Positions 9,824-23,400 of a stretch of DNA of 27,842 nucleotides are shown here, piece by piece. This DNA is from Octopus sinensis (Eukaryota). Made by a program: the position numbers and the translations under genes. The first letter of the stretch is position 1. Each line of letters opens with the position of its first letter. The DNA is taken from positions 1-27,842 of the forward strand of contig NW_021835737.1 of NCBI RefSeq assembly GCF_006345805.1, in the 5' to 3' direction. Below the pieces are notes generated by a model. It saw only the letters and a program-made list of their open reading frames with translations. It was not told the origin of the DNA and searched no databases.

Positions 9824-10644
9824 CGTGTGTGTGTGGTTTGTATAATCTTGTATATCTAATTAGAAATATTTAAAGAAATATAAGTGTGTGTATAATGTAA
9901 ATCGATGGAGATGTGAAAGGCAAGAGAGGGAGAGAAGCTGGTCACCTTCCTTTCATATACTAAGGTATGAATAGGTAAATAATTAAGGGATGCAGCCTAT
10001 TTGTAGTACTACAAACTTTCAAGACACACACACACACACACACACATCTTATTCGCCTCTTTCTTTGTTTGTTTCTTTCTTTTTAAAGTAGATAAAGGTG
10101 AGATGGTATAAGTGAAGGATAGGTCGCATTTGGGGGCTGCTATTCACGGCTTAACTCACACCCCTCAAAAAACACACACTTTCCTTTTTTAAAGAAGGTA
10201 ATGACGTGGCTGGAAAGGTGTAGGATAGGTAGGTAATTTGGGCTGCTATCTTCTGCTTACCTCCCTACCCACCATCTCAAACACACACACATTTCAATAG
10301 CTTCTTCATTTCTTTCTTTCTTTCTTTATTTAATTTTTTAAAAAAGGTAAATTTCAGCTGGTATAGGTGTGGGGTAGTTAGTTGTTTGTGGCTAGTATTG
10401 GCTGCTTAACTCCCAGCCCCAATCACTCTCTCTCTCTTTCTCTCTCTCTTTACTCCTTTCACTAACACACACATAGTATAAGGAATAAAAGTTATGCGTG
10501 TGCATACACATACATATGTGTGTGTGTTTTTGAGTATTTGTAAGGTAGATAGAGAGATGATATTGATTTATATACCTTTATATATTCATAACTATATATA
10601 TTTACATACTCATCTCTAATTATAAGATGTTATACATACATACA

Positions 10645-10678
<34 letters not shown>

Positions 10679-10693
10679 CATACATATATATAT

Positions 10694-10740
<47 letters not shown>

Positions 10741-10777
10741 ATATACATATATATATATATTATATATATATATATAT

Positions 10778-10965
10778 TAGGAGTTTACGAAAAAACATAA
10801 GACGAAAACAGGTGGTATAGAAAACAGACAAATGTATTAGTATAACGCTCAGCAATAGAAAAATTCTTTTACGTCGTTTCGATCCTACGCCCTTCTACAG
10901 AAAGGGACACAGAAAAAGCAAGCAGAAAAACACAGAAGAGAAAAAATGTGTGTTGTGGCTAACAA
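10778..10965 (-). mobile_element. (TA)n-embedded short repeat with a hammerhead-like motif at 10866-10904; related copy at about 18472-18640
   Basis: Minus strand cttt-CTGTAGAA-gggc-gtag-gatc-GAAA-cgacg-TA-aaag. The 18472 copy shares aggtggt...gtattagta.aacgctcag and has lost stem II. Confidence 0.45.
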
Positions 10966-11203
10966 TACATATATACACACGTACGTTTATTTATGTAGAT
11001 ACGTATATATATATATATATATATATATATCTATATATATATAAAACATTATTGGTGAATTTTATTTCAATATCCGCACCAACGCACGTTGCAACGCCAG
11101 ATGGTTGTACCTCCAACCGTGCTGTTTCTGCTGTGATTTTGCTACTAAGTATCGGTTAAACTTTGATTAATCTACTACAAGATTATTCATCTTTCTATTT
11201 CAC

Positions 11204-11241
<38 letters not shown>

Positions 11242-11332
11242 TTGACGTTCGTTTACTTATGTATACATTTAGGTATATGTGTGTATATCTATATATATAT
11301 GTATACAGATACCATATACATACATACATGTA

Positions 11333-11373
<41 letters not shown>

Positions 11374-11455
11374 TATATATAATATATATATATTATATAT
11401 ATATATATATATATATCATACTATGTCTACACACACACATATATATATATATATA

Positions 11456-12347
11456 CAGGGTGATCGAAAAGTAACTCTCTATTTTAAAACACTTATAATT
11501 TATTTATTAACAATAATTTTGTCTCAAATTTGTTATGTATGTTCTTTAAGGTATGGAAATTTATTCTATTTTACATTTTTTTTCAGATCGATTATTTTGT
11601 TTGATATTTAGAAGCCCTACAAATATGATCTGATCCCTTTAAGAATATCCTCTGAAGTGATGAAGCGCTATTCCACACCGATAGGTCTTTGAACCGTCAC
11701 AACTGCCAATACTGGGCGGGAGAAGATCCACTTATTACCTCTGAACAAATGCAGAATCGGCACAAAGTAACGGTATGGCGTGGATTGACTTCAGATCGGA
11801 TTGTGGGTCCTTTCATCCTTTGCAATATCATGAATACTGAATGGTACTTCACCATGCTACAAGATGAAATCTGGCCAGTTATCAGAACTTGGGAGAATAT
11901 TGAAGATTTGATTTATTATGCAAGATGGCGCTCCTCCACATTTTGCTATTGTTTGTGAATGGTTGAATGCCCGCTTCCCTGGGAGATGGATGGGTCCTCG
12001 ATGTCCGAATGATTGGCCGCCAGAAGCCCAGATTTAACACTCTGCGACTTTTTTCTTTGGGGTCGGTTAAAGGAGCAAGTCTGCTCTATCAAACCAATGA
12101 CTTTGGAAGAAGTTGAAGGGCAAATACGAGAAGTCATGTCTTCCATCCCACAAGAGTTCCTAATGAAATCAGTTGATGCGGTTCCTGGGCGCATGGAAAG
12201 CTCGGTGGCGAATGCTGGTGTCTGTATCGAATTTAAACAAAACTCTATGCTGTATGCTTTCTTAACATATTGATTTTTTCTAAAAATTATAGTTAATAAA
12301 TAAATTATAAGTGTTTTAAAATGGGGAGTTACTTTTCGATCACCCGG
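11456..12347 (+). mobile_element. Defective Tc1/mariner element, DD41D (rosa)-like, lacking the N-terminal DNA-binding region
   Basis: About 60-bp TIRs cagggtgatcgaaaagtaactc...attttaaaacacttataatttatttattaac with TA flanks. Transposase remnants: NIL*SDEALF...NRHNCQYW, MQDGAPPHF and W(P)ARSPDLTLCDFFLWGRLK. The second-to-third Asp spacing is 40 after repairing one frameshift, which suggests DD41D with one codon lost. Confidence 0.85.
11641..12245 (+). pseudogene. Transposase catalytic-domain remnant with a stop and frameshifts
   Basis: ORF-track pieces 11689-11958 and 12013-12273 join through frameshifts near 11915 and 12018. Confidence 0.8.
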
Positions 12348-12355
12348 TATATATA

Positions 12356-12403
<48 letters not shown>

Positions 12404-12420
12404 CATATATATATATATAC

Positions 12421-12466
<46 letters not shown>

Positions 12467-12479
12467 TTATATATATAAT

Positions 12480-12571
<92 letters not shown>

Positions 12572-12575
12572 TATA
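12348..12575. repeat. Imperfect (TA)n microsatellite, representative of many such tracts (e.g. 1495-1580, 4255-4590, 6800-7060, 14040-14345, 18350-18470)
   Basis: Direct dinucleotide repeat. Confidence 0.95.
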
Positions 12576-13182
12576 TACCAAGTGTCTTGCAACAAGTGGC
12601 TTCACCAATAACTGAAAATTTAGAAATAGCAGCCAAAGACAGCAAAATCGTTTTACTAGATACATAGTGAAAGGAATTAGCTGTCTTCTGCTGCTAATTT
12701 TAATTTTCGGTATGTGGTGAAGCAGCTTGTTGCTAAACCCTTAATTATATTTATAATTATAAATATGAAAAAAACTTTTTGTGCAAGTTTTTACCGATAA
12801 TGGTTCTATTTCCACATCGAAACTACTTGGAAAAATTTATTAATTATTAAATTAAAAATTCTTTACCCTAATTGGGTAAATAATTATGGGATGTAGTTTA
12901 TTTGTAGTACTACAAAATTTCAGAAACACACACACACAAGACACACCGCACACACAACCCATCTTATTAGATTCTTCCTTTCGTTTTCTTTTTAAATTAG
13001 GTATATGTGTAGGATAGGTCGCATTTTGGGGCTGCTATTTTCTGCTTATCTCCTCATCATCCACTATCACAACACACACACATTGCAATAGCTTCTTTTT
13101 TCTTGCTATCTTTCTTATTTAATTTTTTAAAAAGTGGGGTTGAGCTAGTATTGGCTGCTTAACTCCCTGCCCCCATCCTCTC

Positions 13183-13221
<39 letters not shown>

Positions 13222-13569
13222 ACTTCTCTTACTTTCTCTCACACACACATCCCTATAACACCTTACGTATACACAATTCGGGTACGAATAATTCATGGGA
13301 GCTATTGTGGACATTTTGGTAGAACTGCGTCGTAATATTTGGACGCTACAATCAATGAGTGACCCCCTTTGTGAGCGATACGATGGGCTTTTACCTTTAT
13401 CCATAGTACATTTAAAGGTATATGTATTATATCTGTCTTGAAGAATAGTATCTTTAGGGGTAAATATAATATATATTAGTTTTGATGAAGCGTTTATAGT
13501 TGTTGATATAAGACTTCAGCATTAGTATAAGTAATAAAAGGTAATACATTATATGCGTGCGCATAAACA

Positions 13570-13615
<46 letters not shown>

Positions 13616-13630
13616 CACACACACACCACA

Positions 13631-13664
<34 letters not shown>

Positions 13665-13801
13665 CAGGTCAGAAAAAATTTAGATTCAAATGAATATGGT
13701 ACTTAATTTAGATGCACCAGAATTTTGGATGGTGTAATCCATAAAAAATCCGTGGGGTGATTATAATCAAAATAAGCAACAAGAATGACTCCGGTCGTGG
13801 A

Positions 13802-13873
<72 letters not shown>

Positions 13874-13878
13874 GTGTG

Positions 13879-13909
<31 letters not shown>

Positions 13910-14059
13910 TGTGTGTGTCGTGTGTGCGCGCGTGTGTGTGTGTGTTTTAAGGCGAAAGAAAGATGATATTGACTTATACACTCTATATATAGTCTGTAGT
14001 TATATGAAGTTATATGTCTGTAGTTATATGAAGCTATGCATATAAAATATATAATATAT

Positions 14060-14097
<38 letters not shown>

Positions 14098-14652
14098 TAT
14101 ATATATATATAATATATATAATATACATAATATATATATATATACACACACACACACTATTATATATATATATGTATATATATATTATATACTATATATA
14201 TATATATGTATGTATATATATACATATATATGTACATATATATATATATAGAATATATATATATATATATATTATATATAATATATATATATTATATAAT
14301 ATCATATATATATATTATATATATGTATATATAAATATTGATATATAATTAAGAAAGTAGCAACAATTAGTACAACAGACCACACCACATATTCGAAAAT
14401 TTAGAAATAACAGCCAAAGACAGCTAATTCGTTTTACTAGAGACATAGTGAAAGGAATTAACTGTCTTTCGCTGCTATTTCTAAATTTTCGGTATGTAAT
14501 GAAGCAACTTGTGCTAAACCCTTAATTACATATATATAATTATATATATAAATATATTTTTAAAAACAGTTTTACAATAATGGTTCTTTTTTACCTTACC
14601 GAAATTACTGGGTAAAATTATTAATTATGAAATTACTAACTCTTTACCCACA

Positions 14653-14696
<44 letters not shown>

Positions 14697-15187
14697 TATT
14701 GTGTGTCCGTGAACGATATGTGTGCAGCTTCTATATATCTGTAGGACAGTGAATGGGAGAGGGTAAAATATAGAAAGAGAAATGCAGAGAGAGAGAGACA
14801 CCCAAAGACGACATGGAACCAAAGGGACCTTTTATGTACCCCAAATTCCGTTCTTAATAGAAGTTAAATGAAATCTTTTGAAAGTTCTAAAGGTTGCCGC
14901 TGCTGGGTGAGGAGGGGGGAACGGTGTGAGGGCTGACGGCTGACCTCTCCCCCCACTTCCCACCGCCCGCTCACTTTGTAAAACTCACTGAATCACTACC
15001 AAATGTATGTTTGAAAGTTTGAAACTATAAAAACAGGTGGTGGAGGCCCATGGTGACCCGCGGCCTAGAAATGCTTAAACTCTCAATCGCACACTTTCAA
15101 TATATATTAACTACATATTCCGCGAAGGACATATTCTCTCCCCCATTCTCACTTATTCTCTCCCTCTTTCCATATATGTATTCTTTT

Positions 15188-15208
15188 ATTCCTTTACCTA
15201 TCTACCTG

Positions 15209-15295
<87 letters not shown>

Positions 15296-15300
15296 GTCTG
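15188..15300. repeat. (TCTA)n microsatellite; shorter paralogues at about 7965-8060 and 3220-3250
   Basis: Direct tetranucleotide repeat. Confidence 0.95.
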
Positions 15301-15839
15301 TCTTTCTCTCTATCTGTCTGCCGGCCTGCCTGCCTGCGTATCTGCCTCCCTGTCTATCTATCTGTCTATGTATCTCTCTGTCTCTATCAATCTTTCTTTC
15401 TATCTAGGTACATATCTATCTGTCTATCATCATTTCGACCTGTCTATCCATACCTGGGGCTATACCGAGGCGAAACCACACGGACTCATGTACACATACA
15501 CACACACATTTATTCATATATGTACCTGTATGTACGAGTGTGTGTGTGTACATGTATGTGTGTATTCCTCATTATGTATATGCCTATGTGTGTGTGAGTA
15601 CACGTTTATCTATTAGATGCAGATTTACGTACATATTTACACACATCAATTTTGAGCTTTCAATATTTAGCCAATATAATAGTATCTACACACAGAAGTA
15701 CCTTCATATAGACACTATTATTCATGTCCATGTACTCGCATATCGATTTCTAAGAAGATCTTTTCTCAATTTTGAAATTCAAAAAAAAAAAGAAAAAGAA
15801 GAAAAAAAAAATCAGACACCAAAGCTTCTTTAGTTTAAG

Positions 15840-15845
15840 TTTATT
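15840..15845 (-). promoter_or_regulatory. Candidate polyadenylation signal AATAAA, ZNF copy 2
   Basis: Positionally conserved with copy 1 although the neighbouring bases differ. Confidence 0.45.
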
Positions 15846-15959
15846 CTAGATTGCGTTACACGAAATATATGAAATTAGAGTCTCTGAGATGTGGTCTGCA
15901 AAAGACGCCACGAAATTATGCCTGGTGGAAGAATCTTTCCTCTTACGATCATTCGGAAA

Positions 15960-17014
15960 TTATAAACCGACGGTCATCTGAAAGAGAAAATGGAATTATT
16001 GATAAAATATATATGAAATTACCAGAGTCGAATGTACTAATGCCCAAATGAATCTCTATGGCTGGATATCACAAAAATTCATATTTTATAATTGAGACTT
16101 ATCCCTAATGCATGGAGTGTAGAAACGATCTTTTCAGTAATTTGAATATATGAATCAGAATTGAGAAATAAATATAAAGTAATGGGAAAAGGAGCAAAAT
16201 CTCTTATAAATCAGTCAATATTGACTTAAGAAATAATTTCAGATTGGATAAATAAAGCTTCACGTAAGAAAACAGAGTGGAAATCGTTAGAATGTCAAAG
16301 TTTTTCAGCATTTCAACTTAGATCTTGTCTGAGCTAAGACTCAAAATCTGCAGCTAAACATTTATAAGGTAAATTAGGTGAAAACATACCAGAAAGTACT
16401 GCCAATGGGCTTCGTGGACTTTTTGCTCCATTGTTTTACTCGGAGTAGCATCTGTTGCATTACATACTTTAACGTGGTCCCTTGATTTTTGACGCGACGG
16501 AAACGTCTTGTGACATCGTCCACATTCGAATGGTTCATCTATAAAATGCTTCAAAACATGGTCCTGAAATGTAACGATATCAATTGTTCGTTTCAATGTA
16601 TTGATATGTTATACATAAACAGAAATCAATGAATTTGGAAATATTAAATACATTCATAATGTATAAAGTAAAAAATAACAATAATATGAATATACATACA
16701 TTGAAATGACCACGGTGTCTGAAATGTTTATCACAAAGTTTACAGGTAAACCGAAATTTCTCTTCATGAACAAGCTTGTGGTAGTTTAATGAAGTATTTC
16801 GAGTGAATCTCTTCTTACATATGTCGCACTGGTACGGCTTGACGCCTGTAAAAAGAAATTAATAATTATCATTATTTGAACATGATTAAAATACTTTGCG
16901 CATCAACTGAAATAAAATGTATAAATGCAATGACTTACCGTAATGACTCCTCATGTGAGTTGTTAATGAAGATTTCGAAGTAAATGTCTTGGAACATAAT
17001 GAACATGTGCACAT
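15960..17014 (-). CDS. C2H2 zinc-finger gene, copy 2. Predicted exons 17014-16939, 16845-16700, 16563-16390, 15977-15960
   Basis: Same exon lengths (76, 146, 174, 18 nt) and splice sites as copy 1, and the frame is open. By eye there are 4 substitutions in 414 nt: D>V in the HYGDKP linker, K>R in finger 2, and two synonymous changes. Confidence 0.85.
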
Positions 17015-17683
17015 CGTGCTTATATTGTATAAGTTGGGATTAATAAATGGAAAAATTGATGTAGTTTATATGTGTGTGTGTGGTTTGTATAATCTTGTAT
17101 ATCTAAGAAATATAAATGTGTGTATAATGTAAATCGATGTAGATGTGAAAGGCAAGAGAGGGAGAGAAGCTGGTCACCTTCCTTTCATATACTAAGGTAT
17201 GAATAGGTAAATAATTAAGGGATGCAGCCTATTTGTAGTACTACAAAATTTCAAGACACACACACACACATACACATCTTATTAGCTTCTTTCTTTGTTT
17301 GTTTCTTTCTTTTTAAAGTAGATAAAGGTGAGATGGTATAAGTGAAGGATAGGTCGCATTTGGGGGCTGCTATTCACTGCTTAACTCCCACCCCTAAACA
17401 AACACACACGTCTTTTAGCTTTTGTCTTTCTTTCCTTTTTTTAAAGAAGGTAATGACGTGGCGGGAAAGGTTTAGGATAGGTAGGTAATTTGGGCTGCTA
17501 TTTTCTGCTTATCTCCCACCAACCATCTCAAACACACACACATTTCAATAGCTTTATCATTTCTGTCATTCTTTCTTTATTTAAATATTTTAAAAAAGGT
17601 AAGTTTCAGCTGGTATAGGTGTGGGGTAGTTAGTTGTTTGTGGCTAGTATTGGCTGCTTAACTCCCAGCCCCCATCACTCTCG

Positions 17684-17715
<32 letters not shown>

Positions 17716-18180
17716 CCTCTCTCTTTACTTCTCTCTCTCACACTCACATCCCTATAAGCCCTTACATATACACATGTCTATTAGGGAAATTTTGTTAATA
17801 CTGCGTCGTAAGCTTTGAACGCAACAATCCATGCGTGACCTCTCTGTGAGCGATACGATGGACTTTTACCTTTAAGCATAATATATTTAAGGTATGTGCA
17901 TTATATTTGTTTAAATATAACATATTTTGGGGTGAATATGAAATAAATTCCTTTAAACGAATCGTTTAAAATTGTTCATATAATATTTTAATATTGGTAT
18001 ACGGAATAAAAAGTAATAACTTATATGCGTGTGCATACACATATATATGTTTGTGTGTTTGTGTGTTTGTAAGGTAGATGGAGAATTGATATTGATTTAT
18101 ATACCTTTATATATACATATCTATATATATTTACATACGCATCTGTAATTATAAGATGTTATACATACATTCATACATAC

Positions 18181-18213
<33 letters not shown>

Positions 18214-18379
18214 AAACTGTTTATTTATGTAGATATGTATATATATATGTACATACAAGCATTTTTATTATATATATATGTATACATATGTGTGTATATC
18301 GATTATATCATATGTATAATAGCGATATAAGCATATACATATATACTTATATGTATGTATGTATATATATATATATATG

Positions 18380-18462
<83 letters not shown>

Positions 18463-18652
18463 TATATATATTGGAGAGTTTACGAAGAAAGCAAAAGACG
18501 AAGACAGGTGGTGTACAAAAACAAAGTGATGTATTAGTACAACGCTCAGGAATAGAAAAAGTCTTTTACGTTTCTACAGAAAGGGGCACAGAAAAGACAA
18601 GGAGAGAAAAAAATTTGCGTAGTGGCTAACGATCTATCACGGAGGCTATATG

Positions 18653-18705
<53 letters not shown>

Positions 18706-19091
18706 ATATACACACACGTATGTTTATCTATGTAGATATGTATATATATACGTACAAATACGTATGTTTATTTATGTATATATGTATACATATATATATG
18801 GACATATATATGTGTGTATATCTATATATATATATATATATATATGTATACAGATATAAGCATATACATCAATCCATATATATATATATATATACATATA
18901 TATGTTTTTATATATATACATATATATATATACATATATATGTTTTTATATATAACTATATATATATGTATTTATCTCCTTCTTTCCTGAGCGTTCAATA
19001 ATACTTTATTTGCTCCACATCCTTGCGTTGTTGTTTTTTGTTTTCTTGTTTGGATTAACTTAATATATATATATATATGTAAGTATATATT

Positions 19092-19123
<32 letters not shown>

Positions 19124-19939
19124 ATTTAGGGAGAATATATATATGTATATATATTTAGATATATATAGAGAGAGAGATAGTGAGAGAGAGAGAGAATTAA
19201 GTGTGTAGCAACAACTTGTTTCACCACATACCGAAAATTTAGAAATTGCAGACAAAGTCAGCTAATTCGTGTAACTAGAGACATAGTGAATGGAATTAGC
19301 TGTCTTCGGCTCCTATTTCTAAAATTTCGGTGTGTGGTGAAGCAACTTGTTGCTAAACCCGTAATTATATTTATAATTATGTATAAAAAAAAACAAAACT
19401 TTTTGTACAAGGTTTTACCGATAAATGTTCTTTTTCCATACCAAAACTACTTGCTAATATTTATTAATTATTAAATTAATACTAATTTACTCTAAATAGG
19501 CAAATAATTATGGGATGTAGTCTATTTGTAGAACTACAAAATTTCAAGACATGCACACACATCTAGATCTGCTTCCTTCTTTCTTTCTTTCTTTTCTTTT
19601 AAAGTATATAAAGGTGAGTTGGTATAGGTGTAGGATAGGTCGCATTTGGGGGCTGCTATTCACTGCTTAACTCCCACCCCTCAAACACACACACTTCTGT
19701 CTTTCTTTCCTTTTTTAAAGAAGGTAATGGTAAGGCGGGAAAGGTGTAAGATAGGTAGGTAATTTAGGGCTGCTATTTTCTGCTTACATCCCACTTACCA
19801 TCTCAAACACACACACATTTCAACAGCTTCTTTCTTTCTTTCTTTAATTTTTTAAAGAAGGTGGGATTGAGCTGGTATAGGTGTGGGGTAGTTAGTTGTT
19901 TGTGGCTAGTATTGGCTGCTTAACTCCCAGCCCCCATCA

Positions 19940-19973
<34 letters not shown>

Positions 19974-20469
19974 TTACTTCTTTCTCACACTCACATCCCT
20001 ATAAGCCCTTATTCATATCCACGTACAAAAAATTCCTGAAAGCTATTGGGGAAATTTTGGTAGTAATGCGTCGTAAGCTTTGAACGCAAAAATCCATGCC
20101 TGACCTCTTCTGTGAGCGATACGATGAACTTTTACCTTTAACCATAATATATTTAAAGGAATCGTTTATAACTGTTCATATATGATTGCAATATTGGTAT
20201 ACGGAATAAAAGGTAATACCTTATATGCGTGCGCATACACATATATATATGTGTGTGTGTTTGGGTGTTTGTAAGGTAGATGGAGAGATGATATTGCTTT
20301 ATATACCTTTATATATATATATAATTATAATGATAATATTAGGGAGTAAATCCAAACTTACAGGGAAAAATTAGATTTAGTTTTATCTCTAATTTGATAT
20401 ATATATATATAACTCTATATTTATATACTAATCTGTAATTATCTGACGCTATTTACATATATATATATA

Positions 20470-23400
20470 TACCAAAAAGGATAGAAAGAGACAGCGCACA
20501 CGAATGTGTAAATTCTATCTGAAAGGTGTCTGCTGGCATTGAGAGGAATGTGCAGGTTGCCGTTTTGCACACCAAAAACCCTGCCACATAAACATGAATC
20601 AGGGCAGAACCCAACTACTAAAAGGAATAGGAATGGATCACGCACCACCTGCCCCAAAACGGAGGTACGCAGATGTAGTGCGTGCTACAAACCACCAACA
20701 TGTTATTGAAAGGGCAGCTGCTGAATAAGAATCTTTTTTGCGCATGGCACAAAAGATTGTATAGCAGCTAACCTGGCTCCATCAAACTCAAACTCGCAGA
20801 TGGGACTATCCACAATACGCAAGACCGCCACAGCATATTGACCCAAGGTAGACACCGGCAACAGCACATACATCACCTCGATGCTCCTACTGAAGATCAG
20901 AGGACTGCTAACACTCAGTAACAGGACAAAAATCCCGTTCATGAGAGACCATGTTGCATGCAATCAAGCCTTATGCATAGCACTTACGGAAACACACCTG
21001 AAACTGGACGTAGCAGATGCGGAAATACACATACCACAGTATGTTGTATTACGGACCGACAGAAAAGAAAGGAGTCATGGAGGAGTTGCTATATACATCC
21101 GCGAGGACCTCACACCCCAGGTCCTTTTGTCATACTCAAATTCGGTGTGTGACACACTAATTGTACATATAAGGCAACTTGGTGTAGTTATATGTGCTAC
21201 ATATCGCCCTCCAGATGCCCCAAGCCATGTAGGCAAGTTTGAAGACTACCTTATAAAAATAGAAGTTCTTGTCACATTAGAACAACACATAAGTGTACTT
21301 CTTATGGGAGACTTCAATCTGCACAATGTCAGATGGCCCGAGGTTCTTTCTCTCCCAGGAATGACACGATGCGAACGAGGACAGGCGAGGTCCCTGCTGA
21401 ACCTCATCAACACTCTGTACATGGAGCAAATAATACTCCAACCAACCAGGGCAGGTAACATACTGGATCTCTGCTTCACAAATAATTTGGATCTCATCCA
21501 TATTGTGAAAGTGACACCGACTCTACTCTCGGATCACAACATGGTAGAGCTGACCATGTACGGGCCAAAGAAAGCATGGACATGCAGTCTACAAGAAATT
21601 CTCAGAATCTTTCCAGCTTGAACTTCCATAAGGCAAACTGGAAACAAATTGAGAAAGAGATCCTCAAACAAAACTGGCCTGAATGTCTCTCCTCGCCAGA
21701 CATCGACAAGAAACTTCAACAATTCATGTCTGTAATGCAATCCATATGCTACAAATGTGTCCCAGAGAGAAAGGCCACTGTACACAAGAACAAAATCCCC
21801 AGAGAGAGGAAAATTCTAATGAGACGCTGTACAAAAGTTTCAAATCGCCTAAACAAGCAAATTGAAAGCAGTGTAGGTGCCGCCTGAAAATAAAACTGTT
21901 GGAAATTGAAAAATGTCTGCAACTCTCCCATGAAAAGGAAAGAGCAGACAAAGAAGCCTGGGCTATAGACAACATTTCTGCAGATATGCCAAAGAAACAG
22001 CTACGGTGCACTGTAGGATAGAGCCACTTCTTGAAAAGGATGGCACACTCACAGGAAATCCAATGAGGATAAGTAAAATACTAAATGAGCAATTCAAGAA
22101 TATTTTCACTCCACCCCTATGGCATTTTCAAGTCAGCAATCCAACTGACTTCTTTACCACTGCAGATATAAAATCAGAGGCAGCGATGATTGATTACATC
22201 AATATAAAGGAAGACGATGTAATAAAGGCTATAGATGAAATGAAAATAAACTCAGCTACTGGCCCCGATGGATTCTCAGCAATCCTTCCAAAAGTATGTA
22301 AGAGAGTCCTAGCAAGACCACTGCAGTTCCTCTTTCAGAGCTTCCTTGCAACTGGCAAACTTCCAAGAAAACTGAAGGAAGGTAAAATATGCCCTATTCA
22401 TAAAGGAGGTAGCAGAGCGGAGGCCAAGAACTACAGACCTAATATTCTGACCTCACACATTCATGGAACGAATAGTCAGAAGGAATCTAATCACCTTCAT
22501 TGAAGAAAATGACTTGCTGCCTGACACCCAACATGGTTTCCGACCAGGAAGAAGCTGCCTAACTCAGCTCCTACAACACTATGACTGGGTGCTGAAACGA
22601 CTGCTCAATCACTCAATTGTGGAAGTCATATAACTCGACTTTGCAAAGGCCTTTGATAAAGTCGATCATGGAATGATATGTCACAAACTGCGTGATGTTG
22701 GCATTGTTGGAAAATTGGGAGAATGGCTTCAACGACTTTCTTAAGGATAGAAGCCGGGTGGTAGTAGCCAAATAGTGAGCGGTGTTCCGCAAGGCACTGT
22801 TTTGGGACCACTACTGTTCATAATAGCCCTCTCAGACACGCAGAGAGCCACGATCACAAGTTATGCAGATGATACAAAAGTTTCACAGGCAATACAGAAC
22901 CCTGAAGACACTAAGAACCTGCAATGTGAGCTGGACAAAATATACAAGTGGACTGAAAAGAATTGCATGCAGTTCAATGCTGAAAAGTTTCAAGCTTTAT
23001 GCTATCAGCATGCAAAACTAAATGCAATACCCAATAAATACACTGGACCTGGAGGGATTGCAATCCCAGGGGCACAATCAGTGCGAGACCTGGGTATTTA
23101 CATGAGTGATGATGCAACCTTTCATGTGCATGTTGCTAAATTGGCAATGAAATATAGGTGGTTGACCGGATGGATTCTTAGAACCTTTAGAACAAGAGAC
23201 CAGGAAACCATGATGGTCCTCTGGAGGACACTTGTCCTAAGCCACTTTGACTATTGCTCGCAGCTATGGTCACCATCCAGTGTCAAGTTAATCACAGAAC
23301 TTGAGGCGATCCAACGAAGCTACACGAAGAAGATAGCCTCTGTGCAGCATATAAGATATTGGGAAAGACTCAAGAGATTAAGACTATTCCTTAGAGCGTA

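Larger units (their letters stand above)
4775..10620. repeat. Tandem segmental duplication unit carrying ZNF copy 1 (paralogous to about 12580-18130)
   Basis: Unique landmarks recur in the same order: hairpin block ggcttcaccaataactg (about 4790/12600), aaaaaatttagatt-atggtacttaatttagatgcacc (about 6015/13670), second hairpin (7119/14359), tttatgtaccccaaat (about 7600/14830), the ZNF gene, and gtaaggtagatXgagag (about 10580/18070). Boundaries are approximate. Confidence 0.85.
12580..18130. repeat. Tandem segmental duplication unit carrying ZNF copy 2
   Basis: Colinear with 4775-10620; the gene offset is exactly 7247 bp. Confidence 0.85.

Noticed and set aside
11946-12665. 239-aa minus-strand ORF and the many other IYIY/CVCV/THTH/LSIY ORFs
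   Set aside because: They are translations of (TA)n, (TG)n and (TCTA)n microsatellites with no domain content or splice support.
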